A stretch of DNA of 64,000 bases, taken from positions 104,222,001 to 104,286,000 of the forward strand of contig NC_043003.1 of NCBI RefSeq assembly GCF_006345805.1, given 5' to 3'. This DNA comes from Octopus sinensis (lineage: Eukaryota). Positions 1-11,801 of this stretch are shown here, one piece after another (within the stretch, counting starts at the first letter, position 1; the number at the start of each line of letters is the position of its first letter). The notes beneath the pieces were generated by a model. The model ran no database searches, was not told the origin of the DNA, and saw only the letters and a list, made by a program, of their open reading frames with translations. The translations under genes were made by a program, and so were the position numbers.

Positions 1-667
1 CTAGGGAAGAGTAGTAATGATTTGTAACATTAGAATAAAGATTACTCTCATAATCATATTATTAATAATATTAGTAATAATACTAATAATGTTAATAATA
101 TTAATTTCATGTTTGATAAGGGAATTTGGTTGAGGGTATTTAGGTATGCCATCAAACACTCTAAGTTCAAATCTTGTCAGAAGCTTTAATCTCTTCAAGG
201 CTTGATAAAATAAGAACCAGTAATCTACTGTTATCGTTTTCAGCAAGATGTTTGCCTGTGTATTAAATCTGGCCTCAGTGGCTCAACAAAATACTACAAT
301 AGGAATAAAAATAATAATTTTTTTTTTGCCTTTTTTTTCCTGTCCTTGCACAAAGGCTATACAGAAAACAGTATTTCACAAATTGATTACCACACTGACA
401 AAAATATATGTATGGGAGAACTATAGTTATGCTGAAGACCACTACAGTGTATTATAGACACATGTGTGCACCCACTCACACACGTGTGTGCACAAACACA
501 CACACACACACTCACACATACACTTTCTGCTTAGAGTACCACCAGCTAAATACAACAATACAAAGAAAACTTATCTTGATAATAATGCAAACATTAGTAA
601 TGATAGCAATAATAATTATATTTTTATTTTCTACAGCATATATATATAGCTGAATTAGGCTGTGTGA

Positions 668-710
<43 letters not shown>

Positions 711-714
<4 letters not shown>

Positions 715-1100
715 GAATTAGAGATAAAACCACTATTAAGCAACTCAAACAGTGATAGACATAAACCAATACGTAAATAACAAATAATATAAATATAATT
801 TATAATATATATATTTTTTTTTTTTCCCAAAAGTATAAAAAGAATGATAAATATAATATATTATATTTATCATTCTTTTTATACTTTTGGAAAAAATTAT
901 ATATATATATATATATTATATATCATATTAATTATATTTATATTCTTTGTTATTTATGTATTAGTTTATGTCTATCACTGTTTGAGTTGCATCATAGTGG
1001 TTTTATCTCTAATTCATATTTTATATATTTATACTGTGAAATTTGATTTAATACTAAATCTAATTTTTCCCTGTAAGTTTGGAGCTATACTCCCTAATAT
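711..1100. repeat. palindromic AT-rich interspersed repeat (family also at 41117-41475)
   Basis: GAATTAGAGATAAAACCACTAT..GCAACTCAAACAGTGATAGACATAAAC inverts to 964-1020. The tail TGTGAAATTTGATTTAATACTAAAT..AATTTTTCCCTGTAAGTTTGGAG.TATACTCCCTA is shared with 41405-41475. Confidence 0.75.
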
Positions 1101-1228
1101 TATATATATATATATATATTTGTGTATGTATGTGTGTGTGTAGAGAGAGAGAGAAAGAGATTTAATAATACAATCAGGTAAAATAGAACTCAAATATGAA
1201 TATATATATATTTTTATTTTTAATCATT

Positions 1229-1324
1229 AGAACTTAGAAAGTGATTCAAGAGCCAAGAGTTTTGTGCATGGCATTAATCAAAGAGCCATGAAACTCTTGG
1301 CCCTTGAGTCACTTTGTAACTTCT
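1229..1324. ncRNA. candidate pre-miRNA-like hairpin
   Basis: AAAGTGATTCAAGAGCCAAGAGTTT pairs with AAACTCTTGGCCCTTGAGTCACTTT (one G-U, one A-C). Inner stem CATGGC/GCCATG, 12-nt loop, and a basal extension of ~9 bp. Confidence 0.3.
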
Positions 1325-3011
1325 GCTGACAGTAAATAAATAAATAAATAATATGCATATATATAATATATTTATATATATCGTAAATATCATGAAAAAG
1401 ATAACACAGAGTAGACAAGTTTTAACAAATACTGTATTAGCTTAATGCATATATGTATGTGTAATGTGATGTTCTTGCTGCTGCAGGTCTGCTACAGGAC
1501 ATATCCAAATGACCCTGGTCAAATGACATGTGTATAATCTAGTTGTTTCTATCCTCTCACTGCATTACTAGCCGAAACATTTTGCTTTTTTTTCTAATCA
1601 CATTCTGGTGTTTCTCTCAGAATGGTCAATTTGTATTTACACCTCAATCTTCAAACTTATTCCAGACCATTTTTCTGTCAGAGATAACACAGCATGCACC
1701 ATTTCCTTAAATGCTTTCATCGAATCCAAAACCATCCTAGTATAAATCATGAACCCTGTTTTCGACCAATTCCTTTGCTATAGAATGAGGTACCAGTAAA
1801 CGCTCGTCTGTTTTCTACTCAGTGGTAGCCTGACCACTGGTATTTTTGATATTCAGTACCATTTCTATAGCCTCTTAAATGGGACTTCTGTTCATGTTGT
1901 CTATACGTTAGGCCATTTATCCCTTCCTTACTGCTTTCACAAATCCGATACTGAAGAGTTTCACTCAACTTTGCATCTGGAAGTGTAGGCAGTCATCCTC
2001 CTTTGCCCTTTATTTCCTGTAATAGTCTGATGCCAGTTTCTGGTCTTCACACCTTTGCAGCCATCTCTATACATCTTGGGTCAAGATTCTCATTTCCTTT
2101 CCAAAGCTCATCATTATTATTATTATTATTATCATTGTATTGCAGTTATTACTGCTGCTACTATTATTGTTAATTCTGCATTGGCTTCTGCTGTTGCCAC
2201 AGTTGTTTCCCAACTTGTTATTGTTCCTATTTTTCTTGATGTTATAGCTAATCTTATTCTTGTTAATTTTGTTGTTCTTGTTACTGCTGCTGTCATCTCC
2301 ATTTCATACACTACCACAGACATTGTTGGTGGTCAGTGATGTAGTTGCTGCCATTTTTATTAGTGTTAACACCAGCTTTATAACTCGCTATTGTTGGCTT
2401 TAAGTTGTTGACAAGATGTCTGCTAACACATCTACACTACTCCGCTTTATCCTCTGCCAAAATGATTTTTAACCCTTTAGCATTCAGATTACTCTGTCAA
2501 ATGCAATGCTTATTTATTAACATTGTTTTGAATTAATTATGCATTATCTCATAGTTTTGAGATTTTGATGATGCAATTTTATATTTTCAGAATGACATTG
2601 TAGAGTAGGTGTGAGATACCACATCGGGCTGGTTTGATCATGAAACAGGTAGAATAATTGGACTGTACTTGGCCAATTCAAATGCTAGTGGGTTAATGCA
2701 TTCATCATAGTTGAATTTCTTTTAATACAAAATCTCTTATAGCTAACTACTACTTTGCTTGGAATTGTAATTGTAGTAACGTGCAGCTTATCTAAACAAA
2801 CAAAAACATCTTCACCACTAAGTTTGTGTTTATAACATTTTACAGAACTAAGACTGAACAACAGAGTGAGGGAAATAATTATGCCAGAATCACTCTTATG
2901 TCTTGTATTTTATTGAGACCATTAATATTCTGAGTTCAAATCCTGCCAAAGTTCACTTTACCTTCCATTGTTTCAGTCTTACTAATATGACTACCAAATC
3001 AAATCTGTAGG

Positions 3012-4609
3012 CAGGACCGGCCTTAAGCCAATTGGACTGATTGCTTCCAGTTGGGCCCGGCACTCAAGGGGGCTACATCCTATACTGCGGAATTTCATGA
3101 AGGTGGTCTCCTTGAAGTTTAAATAAAATCTGCATAAAAATGCTCCTTTAAAAAAAAAACATACTTTCTACACTTTAGCAACACAAGATACCAAAATAAA
3201 AACCCATTCATCCAAAATTGCTTGGGTCAGCCTTGCTTGTATTTTTAGTGTAAGGGTCAATTGCATGTATGTGTGTGTGTATGTGACTGTTTGGGAGTGT
3301 TTATGGGCATATTTGGGTAAAATATTTGTGTGTGTGTATGTGGTTTAAGTGTATGGTGAATTGTATGTATATATGTGTGCGTATGTTTGTGTGTGTGAGT
3401 TGCTATAAATATGCTTTGTATATGTTTAATTTTGGGGAAACTTTATTTCAATTAAAGTATATTTTATATGTGTGTATATATACACACATATATATATCCC
3501 CTGACCGGCTCTTGTGCTGGTGGCACGTAAAAAACACTTGCTACACTCTCCAAGTAGTTGGGCTTAGGAAGGGCATCCAGCTGTAGAAATATTGCCAGAT
3601 CAGATTGGAGGCTGGTGCAGCTGCTGGCTCTCCAGCCCTCAGTCAAATTGTCCAACCCATGCCAGTATGGAAAATGATGATGTTGATGATATGTATATAT
3701 ATATTAAAGAAAGCAAAAAATAAATCAAACATGATAAAAGCAAAAGGCTAAATGTGTGCTCAGTATTTTGGCCACAGGAATTTCTGTCAAAGAGTCACGG
3801 TTAAACAAAGGTCAAAGGTTCAGTTATTTTTCATAGTGGTTTGATTGAAGTTTTTGTATTTGTAAATGTATGCATATGCATGTTTATGATTGTGTATGTA
3901 TTTTTTAGTGTGTGGTGAATTGTATACATACACATATGCGTGTCTGTGTGTGTGTACAGTGAGAGAGAGAGAGACGGGAAGGTGAGATAAAATTTCTTGT
4001 TTAAAAGAGAAAGTCTCTTTGCAATGACTCCCATTCAGGTTTTTGGACAAGCACAAACATAGCCACACACACACACATGCACACACAGGACAATAGTAAG
4101 AGACATTTGGTGTAACACCATGGTGCTAAACCCAAAACTATACAGCTAAGAACAGGCAGACAGAACTGTGTTTTCTGCAACAGAGGTTATAGAAAAAAAT
4201 ATAAGGCAAGTATATAACCAGCTTCTGAAAAATTCTAATTATCAATTTGCTTTTTTGTATATCTCTTTTAGTGTAACATCATGCAACAGATAAAAGTTTC
4301 TTTGGAATCTTAAATTTCTTTCCAGTTTTTGCCAGAATATTTTTAAAAAGTGTAGTTTAAATGTAGTTTCGCTTACTGATGGTGAAAAATTTTGGTAAAT
4401 TTATAGTTTAACATCCAACTCAATTTGGGTGGGAAATAATGCTTTATCCTCTTTTTTTTTTTTTTTTTTTTCTTGTGCTATCAACTAATCTAATCTCCTA
4501 ATAAATAATTTTTCCACGGAAATTGGAGGGGGGTAGGGTAGGGTGAACTCTTGAAAGTTCCCCACTCACCTCACCCAATTGGACCCCACACTTCCTAAGG
4601 CCAGCCCTG
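3012..4609. mobile_element. non-autonomous hAT-type element with 8-bp TSD
   Basis: TIRs CAGGACCGGCCTTAAG / CCTAAGGCCAGCCCTG. Flanking 8-mers are TCTGTAGG (3004-3011) and TCTGTAGA (4610-4617). A SINE is nested at ~3500-3690. Confidence 0.8.
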
Positions 4610-5989
4610 TCTGTAGATAGTGGTGGCAGGCTTGGGCAGGGTGACTGACTGTTCTCAACCAAAATTTACAACCTTGTGTCTGCAAGAAATTATCTAAATT
4701 CATTGTGTATGTGTGTATTTACATAAATATATATATATAACAAAACAGGAAGTTTGGAAAATTTTTTGGTATTATTTGTCTACCATTACACATGTTTCAT
4801 TTGCTAATAGGAATTACAAAGTTGTACATTATGGATAAACACATAAGAAATTTCCTATTAAAATTTCTTCAAACAGGGAATCAAATTATATGTATTGTTT
4901 GATTCTCTGTCTGGAGAATTTCTTACAAGTTTATCCAATATGTACAACTTTGTGATTCCTATATGCAAATAAAATATGAATAAATATCACCAAAACATTT
5001 TTCCAACTTCCTGTTTTGCAAACAATATTTCCAGAATTTTCAGCTCTAATATGTACTTCACATCAATACAAAAACTGTCTTTGGAATAAGCAGATGTGCT
5101 TCAAGAGAACACAGCTAGAATTTTACCCTACCCTACATTATATGTATATATCAATGTATATGCACATACAAACACACACACACATATACATATACACATG
5201 CAAATAAATATATATATATATATATATATAATTTTGTAAGGAACAGTTTGATGGTGACATAGAAGTTTCAGCTTGCTAGCTTTTATCAGGCTGTCTGATG
5301 TAAGTTCATAGCCACTGTCAACCTTTTTGCCTTGTAAAAGGTAATAGATATGTACTTTACCAAAAAATATTTAGTAATCCTTCAGTTTGATATTAAATTG
5401 TTTTTATATATAATTTGACATAAAACACCAAACCATTAACACACACACACACATTATGTATGTATGTGTTTATATACAGGTACAGAAAATCTTCAAATTT
5501 TCCTTCGTTTCTTCTGACTGATATTATTAATATTACTACTGTACAACTGTGTACACTACCAAAAGCATTTTATTCCTATATATAAATATATTTCAGCTGT
5601 TGTTTTGGCAATGTTGCTGTTGTTATTGATGCTGGCATTTAATATCATTGCACAGAAGGACAGTGGCTGGGCAGAAGCAAGTCTTGCTGTAGTGGCTTGT
5701 TTAAAGCTTGAGTTTTGATACTCTGCTCTTTATCATAGGTTGGCTGCAGGTAGGGGAGTTGGGAATCCATACATCTTTTAGTCTAGTTCTCCAACATTTT
5801 AAACTACAGGTCTGTTATGTGGTGGTAAAATCTTTGCAATTTTAATCTGGAATTTGGTGTCCTTTCCTATTTGGAGTCTTTCCACTCTACTTCAATCACT
5901 TATGTAATTGGATAAGGCATGAACATCGTAAGTTAGCATATTTTTCTCTCCAGTAATTCTGAGACTCTGTGCTTGTTAGAAAGTATTGT

Positions 5990-7593
5990 TATTATATGGC
6001 AGTGGATTGATGGAATTGTTAGAGCATTAAACAAAATACTTTGTGGTGGGGTTTTTTTTTTTTCAGCTCTTTACATTCTGAGTTCGAAACTTGTTGAGGT
6101 AAAGCTTTACCGTTTGTCCTAAATAAAATAAAGTACCAGCTAAGTACTAGGGTCAATGGTATTGACTAACCCACCACTCAACAAACTTATGGCCTTGTGC
6201 CTAAGTTAGGAATTATTATTATTATTAATGCTGCCAAGGTCAACTTTGCCTTTCATCCTTTCAGGGTTGATAAAATAAGTCCCAGTTGAACACTCACTGG
6301 GATCAATGTAATTGACTTACCCTTTCCCCCAAAATTTCAGGCCTTTTGCCTATAGTAGGAAGAATTATTATTATTATTAAGGCAGCAGGTTGGCAGAATT
6401 ATTAGTATGCTGGAGGGAATGCTTAGCAGTATTTCGTCCATCTCTATGTTCTGAGTTCAAATTCCACTGAGGTCGACTTCACCTTTCATCCTTTCGAGGT
6501 CGATAAAATAAGTACCAGTTGAACACTGGGGTCGATGTAATTGACTCATACCCACCTCCCTCAAGCTGCCCTTGTGGCAAAATTTGAAATAATAATAATT
6601 ATTATTATTGTTATTGTTGTTGTTAATATTGTCAGACAAATCATATATATATAAATATATATTGGAGATGACCTCCACAAACATATCAAATAATAATGAA
6701 TCAAAAAAATAAATGTATAATTGAATACTAAAAAAATTTTTTAACTATATATATAAAAATAACAGAAAAATTGTTTATCTAAACATTATTAAAATTAAAA
6801 ATTTACTGGAGAAAAATAAACAATTAAATTTGTTAAGGCAATATAATGCAAATAACAAATAATAATAAAAAACATTTTGGAAAGTTTTAGATTGGTGATA
6901 ATTCCAGGTAACGACAATACTAAAATTATATTTAATTTATTGTAAAAATTATTTGTTCTGTGAAAAAAAAACATCAAAATATCTGTTTATGTAATCTTAA
7001 CTTTTAGTGTGTTGGCTTAGTTATACTATTATTATTGTTGTTGCTGTTGTTAAGTTAGCTCCTCTTATTTTCTAATTCAAATCCCACAGAGATTGGACTT
7101 TACCCTTATCCTTCAGGGATTTGGTCAAATAAGTGCCAGTTATGTACTAAGGTTCAGCTGAAGTGAAAATTTGTAGCTTTGCTCTAGTGTCAAAAATTGG
7201 CTGAAATCACTTAAGTGTCAGATGAAACTTGTGATATTTCGTCTGACTGGTTCTCTATGTTCTGAGTTCATGGCTCTCTATGTTCTGAATACAAATCCTA
7301 CCATGGTCAACTTCCATCCTTTCATAGTCAATAAAATAAGGTACAAGTCAAGTACTAGTATTCATAAAATGAAGTACCAGCCAAGTAATGCAATCAACTA
7401 ACCCCTTCTCCCTATAATTGTTGGCCTCATTTTTAAATTATTATTATTATCATTGTTGTTGTTATTATTATTATTATTTATTTATTATCCTTTTGGGATC
7501 AATAAAATAAGTACCAGTTGTGCACTGGGGTCAATGTAAATCAACTAGCCCCTCCCCCAAAATTTCAGGCATTGCACCTATAGTAGAAAAGAC

Positions 7594-7626
<33 letters not shown>

Positions 7627-9014
7627 GGTGCTGAACAAGGTGGCAAGCTAGCAGAATCGTTAGCACGCCAGGCAAAATGCCTAGCGACATTTCATTTGTT
7701 GCTACATTCTGAGTTCAAATTCCACTGAGGTCAACTTTGCCTTTCATCCTTTCAGGGTCGATAAATTAAGTACCAGTTACGCACTGGGGTCGATGTAATC
7801 GACTTAATTCCTTTGTCTGTCCTTGTTTGTCCCCTTTGTGTTTAGCCCCCTGTGGGTATAAAAGAAATAGGTATTTCATTTGTACCAGTCATGTACTGGA
7901 GTCGATACAGTCGACTAGCCTCCTTCCCCAAAAACTTTCAAGGCTGTATGCCTAGAGTAGAAATAATTAAGGTGATGAGCTGACAGAATCCGTAGCATAT
8001 CAGACAGAAGGCTTAGCAGCATTTCTTCCAGCTCTTTACATCCTGAGTTCAAATTCTCGCAAGGTTAACTCTGCCTTTCATTCTTTCTGGGTTAATAAAA
8101 TAAGTGCTAGTTAAGCACTGAGGTCAATGTAATCAACAAAGCCCCACTCCCATCCCCTAAAATTGCTGGTCCTGTGCCAAAATTTGAAACTATTATTATC
8201 ATTTTTATTTTCCTATCTGTGTTGTGTTTTTGCTTCTTTCTGCAACTTAGAGACGCAACACTTTTCTCAACACATGCTGTTCTAAGTATTGCTGCTAACT
8301 GTGTACTTCCTTTGATGCTTATTATTTTGCAGCTTTTTGTGCCAAAATATTGCTTTCTTCTTCTGATGATGATGATGATGATGATTAATATTATTAAGGC
8401 AGCGATCTGACAGAATCGTTAGCACGCCGGGCGAAATGCGTAGCCGTATTTCGTCTGCCGTTACGTTCTGAGTTCAAATTCTGCCGAGGTCGACTTTGCC
8501 TTTCATCCTTTCCGGGTCAATAAATTAAGTACCAGTTACACACTGGGGTCGATGTAATCGACTTAATCCCTTTGTTTGTCCTCTCTGTGTTTAGCCCCTT
8601 GTGAGTAGTAAAGAAATAGGTATTTTGTCTGTCTTCGCATTCTGAGTTCAAATTTTGCCAAGGTTGACTTTGCCTTTCATCCTTTCATGGTCAATAAAAT
8701 AAATACCAGTTGAGTACTGGGGTCGATGTAATTGACTATCTCCCTCTTCCAAATTTCAGGCTTTGTGCCTTTAGTAGAAGAGATTATTATCATTATTATT
8801 AAGATGGTGAACTGGCAGAATCGTTAGCACACTGGACAAAATGCTTAGTGATATTTCATCCGTCTTTATGTTCTGAGTTCAAATTCCACCAAAGTTGACT
8901 TTGCCTTTCATCATTTCTGGGTTGATAAATTAAGTACCAGTTGTGTACTGGGGTTGATCTAATCGACTGGCCCCCTCCCCCAAAATTTCAGACCTTGTAC
9001 CTAAAGTAGAAAAG

Positions 9015-9046
<32 letters not shown>

Positions 9047-9050
9047 GTGT
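5990..9050 (+). mobile_element. head-to-tail cluster of tRNA-derived SINEs (GGCGAGCTGGCAGAATCGTTAGCACG... family) separated by (ATT)n tails
   Basis: About ten or more partial and complete copies carry A-box-like TGGCAGAATCGTTAG, B-box-like GAGTTCAAATTC and the tail GTACCAGTT...CTGGGGTCGATGTAATCGAC; all are on the + strand. Confidence 0.85.
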
Positions 9051-10130
9051 AGTGAGTTGACAGGAGTGGGTGAGTGATGTACAAAATACTTTACAATTCT
9101 TACATTCCTTTGTGTTCTAAATTCAAATCCTTCTGTGGTTGACTAGGTATTTTTCAAGACTCTTTCAAGTTTTAATAAATTTAAGTATCAACAAAATATA
9201 ATTAACTGTACTTTTCTCCCCAAATTTGAAACTATGTAATTTTATTTCTCTCTCTCTCTCTCTCTCTCCCTCCATATTTTTTTTATAAATCAGCCCAAAT
9301 TTATTTATGGCCTACATTTTCTCATTTTGGGAATTTTGTACTATGCATGATAATTTCCTAACGTAAAACAATTTGGTTATCAATAGCAAGTTCTATATTT
9401 CGCTAGTTGCCTATTCATATAGTAAGTTACTGTAAACATTTGTGCTATGTCATAAAAATAGAACAGCATTTCAGGTTGACCTATTTAAAGTCCCCTTGTG
9501 TTTTTAGTATGAGTTACTTTTAAGCTTTGTGTGTCACCTGTGTTGTACTTTTACTTAGACCATAACTATTCTTACCAAGTTACCCATTTTATAGTAGGCT
9601 GTATTGACATCTCATATTGTACTTGTCAACTAACTATCCTAAAGTAAATTGGACAAATATTCTGTGGTTTTTCTTTTTTGTTTTCTTTTTATATACAACC
9701 ACCCTTTATTTGCATTACAAATTGAGTCCCCAGCTTATGTCGTGCTCCTTGTTGTTAAGTGGATCCTTATCTTCTTCTGTGTTTGTCAACAACTTAAAAA
9801 TAATACACAGGGTCAACATGAGACCCTGATTGTAAGTACTGGTTCATCTTAAACTTGTAAACTCACACAACATAATACTTATATTCGAAATGATCATCTT
9901 AAACATTTGGGGGTTGCCAAAATATCTAAACTTAGTTTTAACAAGGAATGTTACTATCATTATATATAAATGAATGTGTGTATATGTATGTATATATATG
10001 TGTGTGTGTATGTGTATATATATATATGTATGTATATGTGTATGTATATATATGTGTGTGTGTATGTATATATATGTGTGTGTGTATATGTGTATATATG
10101 TGTGTGTGTATATATGTATGTGTATATATA

Positions 10131-10176
<46 letters not shown>

Positions 10177-10263
10177 TATTAGAGACAAAACCACTATTTT
10201 GCAAAACAAACAAGGAAAGACTTAATCAATACATAAAATTTTAATAAATAGTCAAAAAAACCG

Positions 10264-10306
10264 CCACTACAATTGTTTCTTGTCTTGATCGACAATCTTC
10301 AGGTGG
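10264..10306 (-). ncRNA. type I minimal hammerhead ribozyme in a Penelope-like repeat end
   Basis: Minus strand reads CCAC-CUGAAGA-UUGUC(GAUCAA)GACAA-GAAA-C(AAUU)G-UA-GUGG. This gives a complete core, stem I CCAC/GUGG, a 5-bp stem II, a short stem III and a GUA cleavage triplet. Confidence 0.75.
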
Positions 10307-11770
10307 ACTTCCAATAAGTCAGTTTCAATCCCTAATATTTATTATATATATATATATATATGTATGCATGCATATATAGATTCAACATATGTCAATAGGT
10401 TTCTTGAAAAAGAATCAGCCATTTTATGACTAGCTCTTTTACCTTGTTAGCCTGTATTTTCTTATGAAAGGACCAGTCCGTTATTGAAATATGTAGTAGT
10501 ACAGACATGTTGCTCTACACAATTGTCATTGCAGACTAATATCTCAAAGCCATACAACATCTGTAACTTTGAAAATCTGATTCTGAATGCAATACATTCA
10601 TATGTAACACGTTAACATTTGTCAATGTGCATCTAGTCTGGTCTGTTCTTTATTACTGTACATGTATGTAGCTGTATGCCTATTAAAGCAGACTGTTTCT
10701 GTGATGCGTGTTTACTGTACGTTGTAGCTGTACAGTTTGATTCCCCTTATCTGAAAACGTTTTTTTATTTTTTCTTTGTTTTTATTTTTTACCTGTTTTG
10801 CATATGTACATATCTCTTCTTATACATTCCTCTTAATGTCCACTTCTATTCTGGTGGGGAGTATTATGTGATGAAGCCGAAAATAAAAAATACTTAAAAA
10901 ATAAATAAATAAAATAACTATTACTGTCAAGAAGATGGTTTTATTTTCTTTCTTTGGTTTTTATTTCTTTTCTTAATGTTTTACTGTTATTTTATATTTT
11001 ACTTATTTTATGTTCAGTTAAAACTTGCGAGATTATTGTTATTGTTGTTGTTGTTATTATATTTTTGTTAATATCTCTAAGTAGAACATAAGCGCAGTGG
11101 ATTGGCAGAATTGTTAAAGCATCAGACAAAATGCCATGTATTAATTCTTCTGTCTTTCTGGGTTCTAAGTTCAGAACCCACTGCAGTCAACTTTGCTTTT
11201 TATCTTTTCAACTCAATAAAATCAAGTACCAGACAACTACTGGGGCCAATTGAATGGGATGTAGGTAGTCAATAACATTGACCTCAGTGCTAGATCAGTG
11301 CTTTATTTTGTCAAAAGGTCAAAAAGCAGAGTTGACCTCGGCGGGATTTGAACTCAGAATATCAGGACAAGTACTGTTAGGCATATTTCAGTGCTCTAAA
11401 TTAGAGATAAGGCTAAGTTATTCAAGAAGAATTCAGGTGAGTGGGTTTGTGTGGATGGGTGATGGCGAGGTTAGTTGAAATGACTAACTTTTGTGAATCT
11501 ATGGATATTTATTTTCTCAACTCCCAGAAACATTAGTTAAAATAGTGGCTAGATTTGATCTGAAAGCATACGAGGATAAGACTAAATACTAATTCAAGGT
11601 TTTGAGTTGACTGGATTGTTAAGAGGAAATAACTGCAAGACCAAATGAGCAAAATTAATATTTTATCATGAACAAGAATTGAAAAATGTATTCTTGATCT
11701 AATGCACAATGACATCAAGAACATACAGTAGCTAATTGTTTCTAGTTCAGTAGAATCTTCATGATCTATC

Positions 11771-11801
<31 letters not shown>

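Noticed and set aside
1600-2000. Possible degraded RTE-like RT on the minus strand
   Set aside because: Only faint motif resemblance across frameshifts; not enough to annotate.
2055-2339. Hydrophobic 94-aa ORF resembling a membrane protein
   Set aside because: Degenerate (GTT/ATT/GCT)n triplet region; low complexity with no splice or start support.
8398-8480. tRNA-like A/B boxes in repeated elements
   Set aside because: They are heads of tRNA-derived SINEs, with no cloverleaf and followed by SINE body; no genuine tRNA gene is called.
9736-9840. Exon-like segment with ATT|GTAAGT donor (+), or last exon LLTNTEEDKDPLNNKEHDISWGLNL* (-)
   Set aside because: Weak acceptors, no recognisable homology, and phases incompatible with other candidates.
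11520-11750. Coding-like stretch (LQDQMSKINILS*TRIEKCILDLMHNDIKNIQ)
   Set aside because: Multiple stops and no family recognised; probably an old TE remnant.
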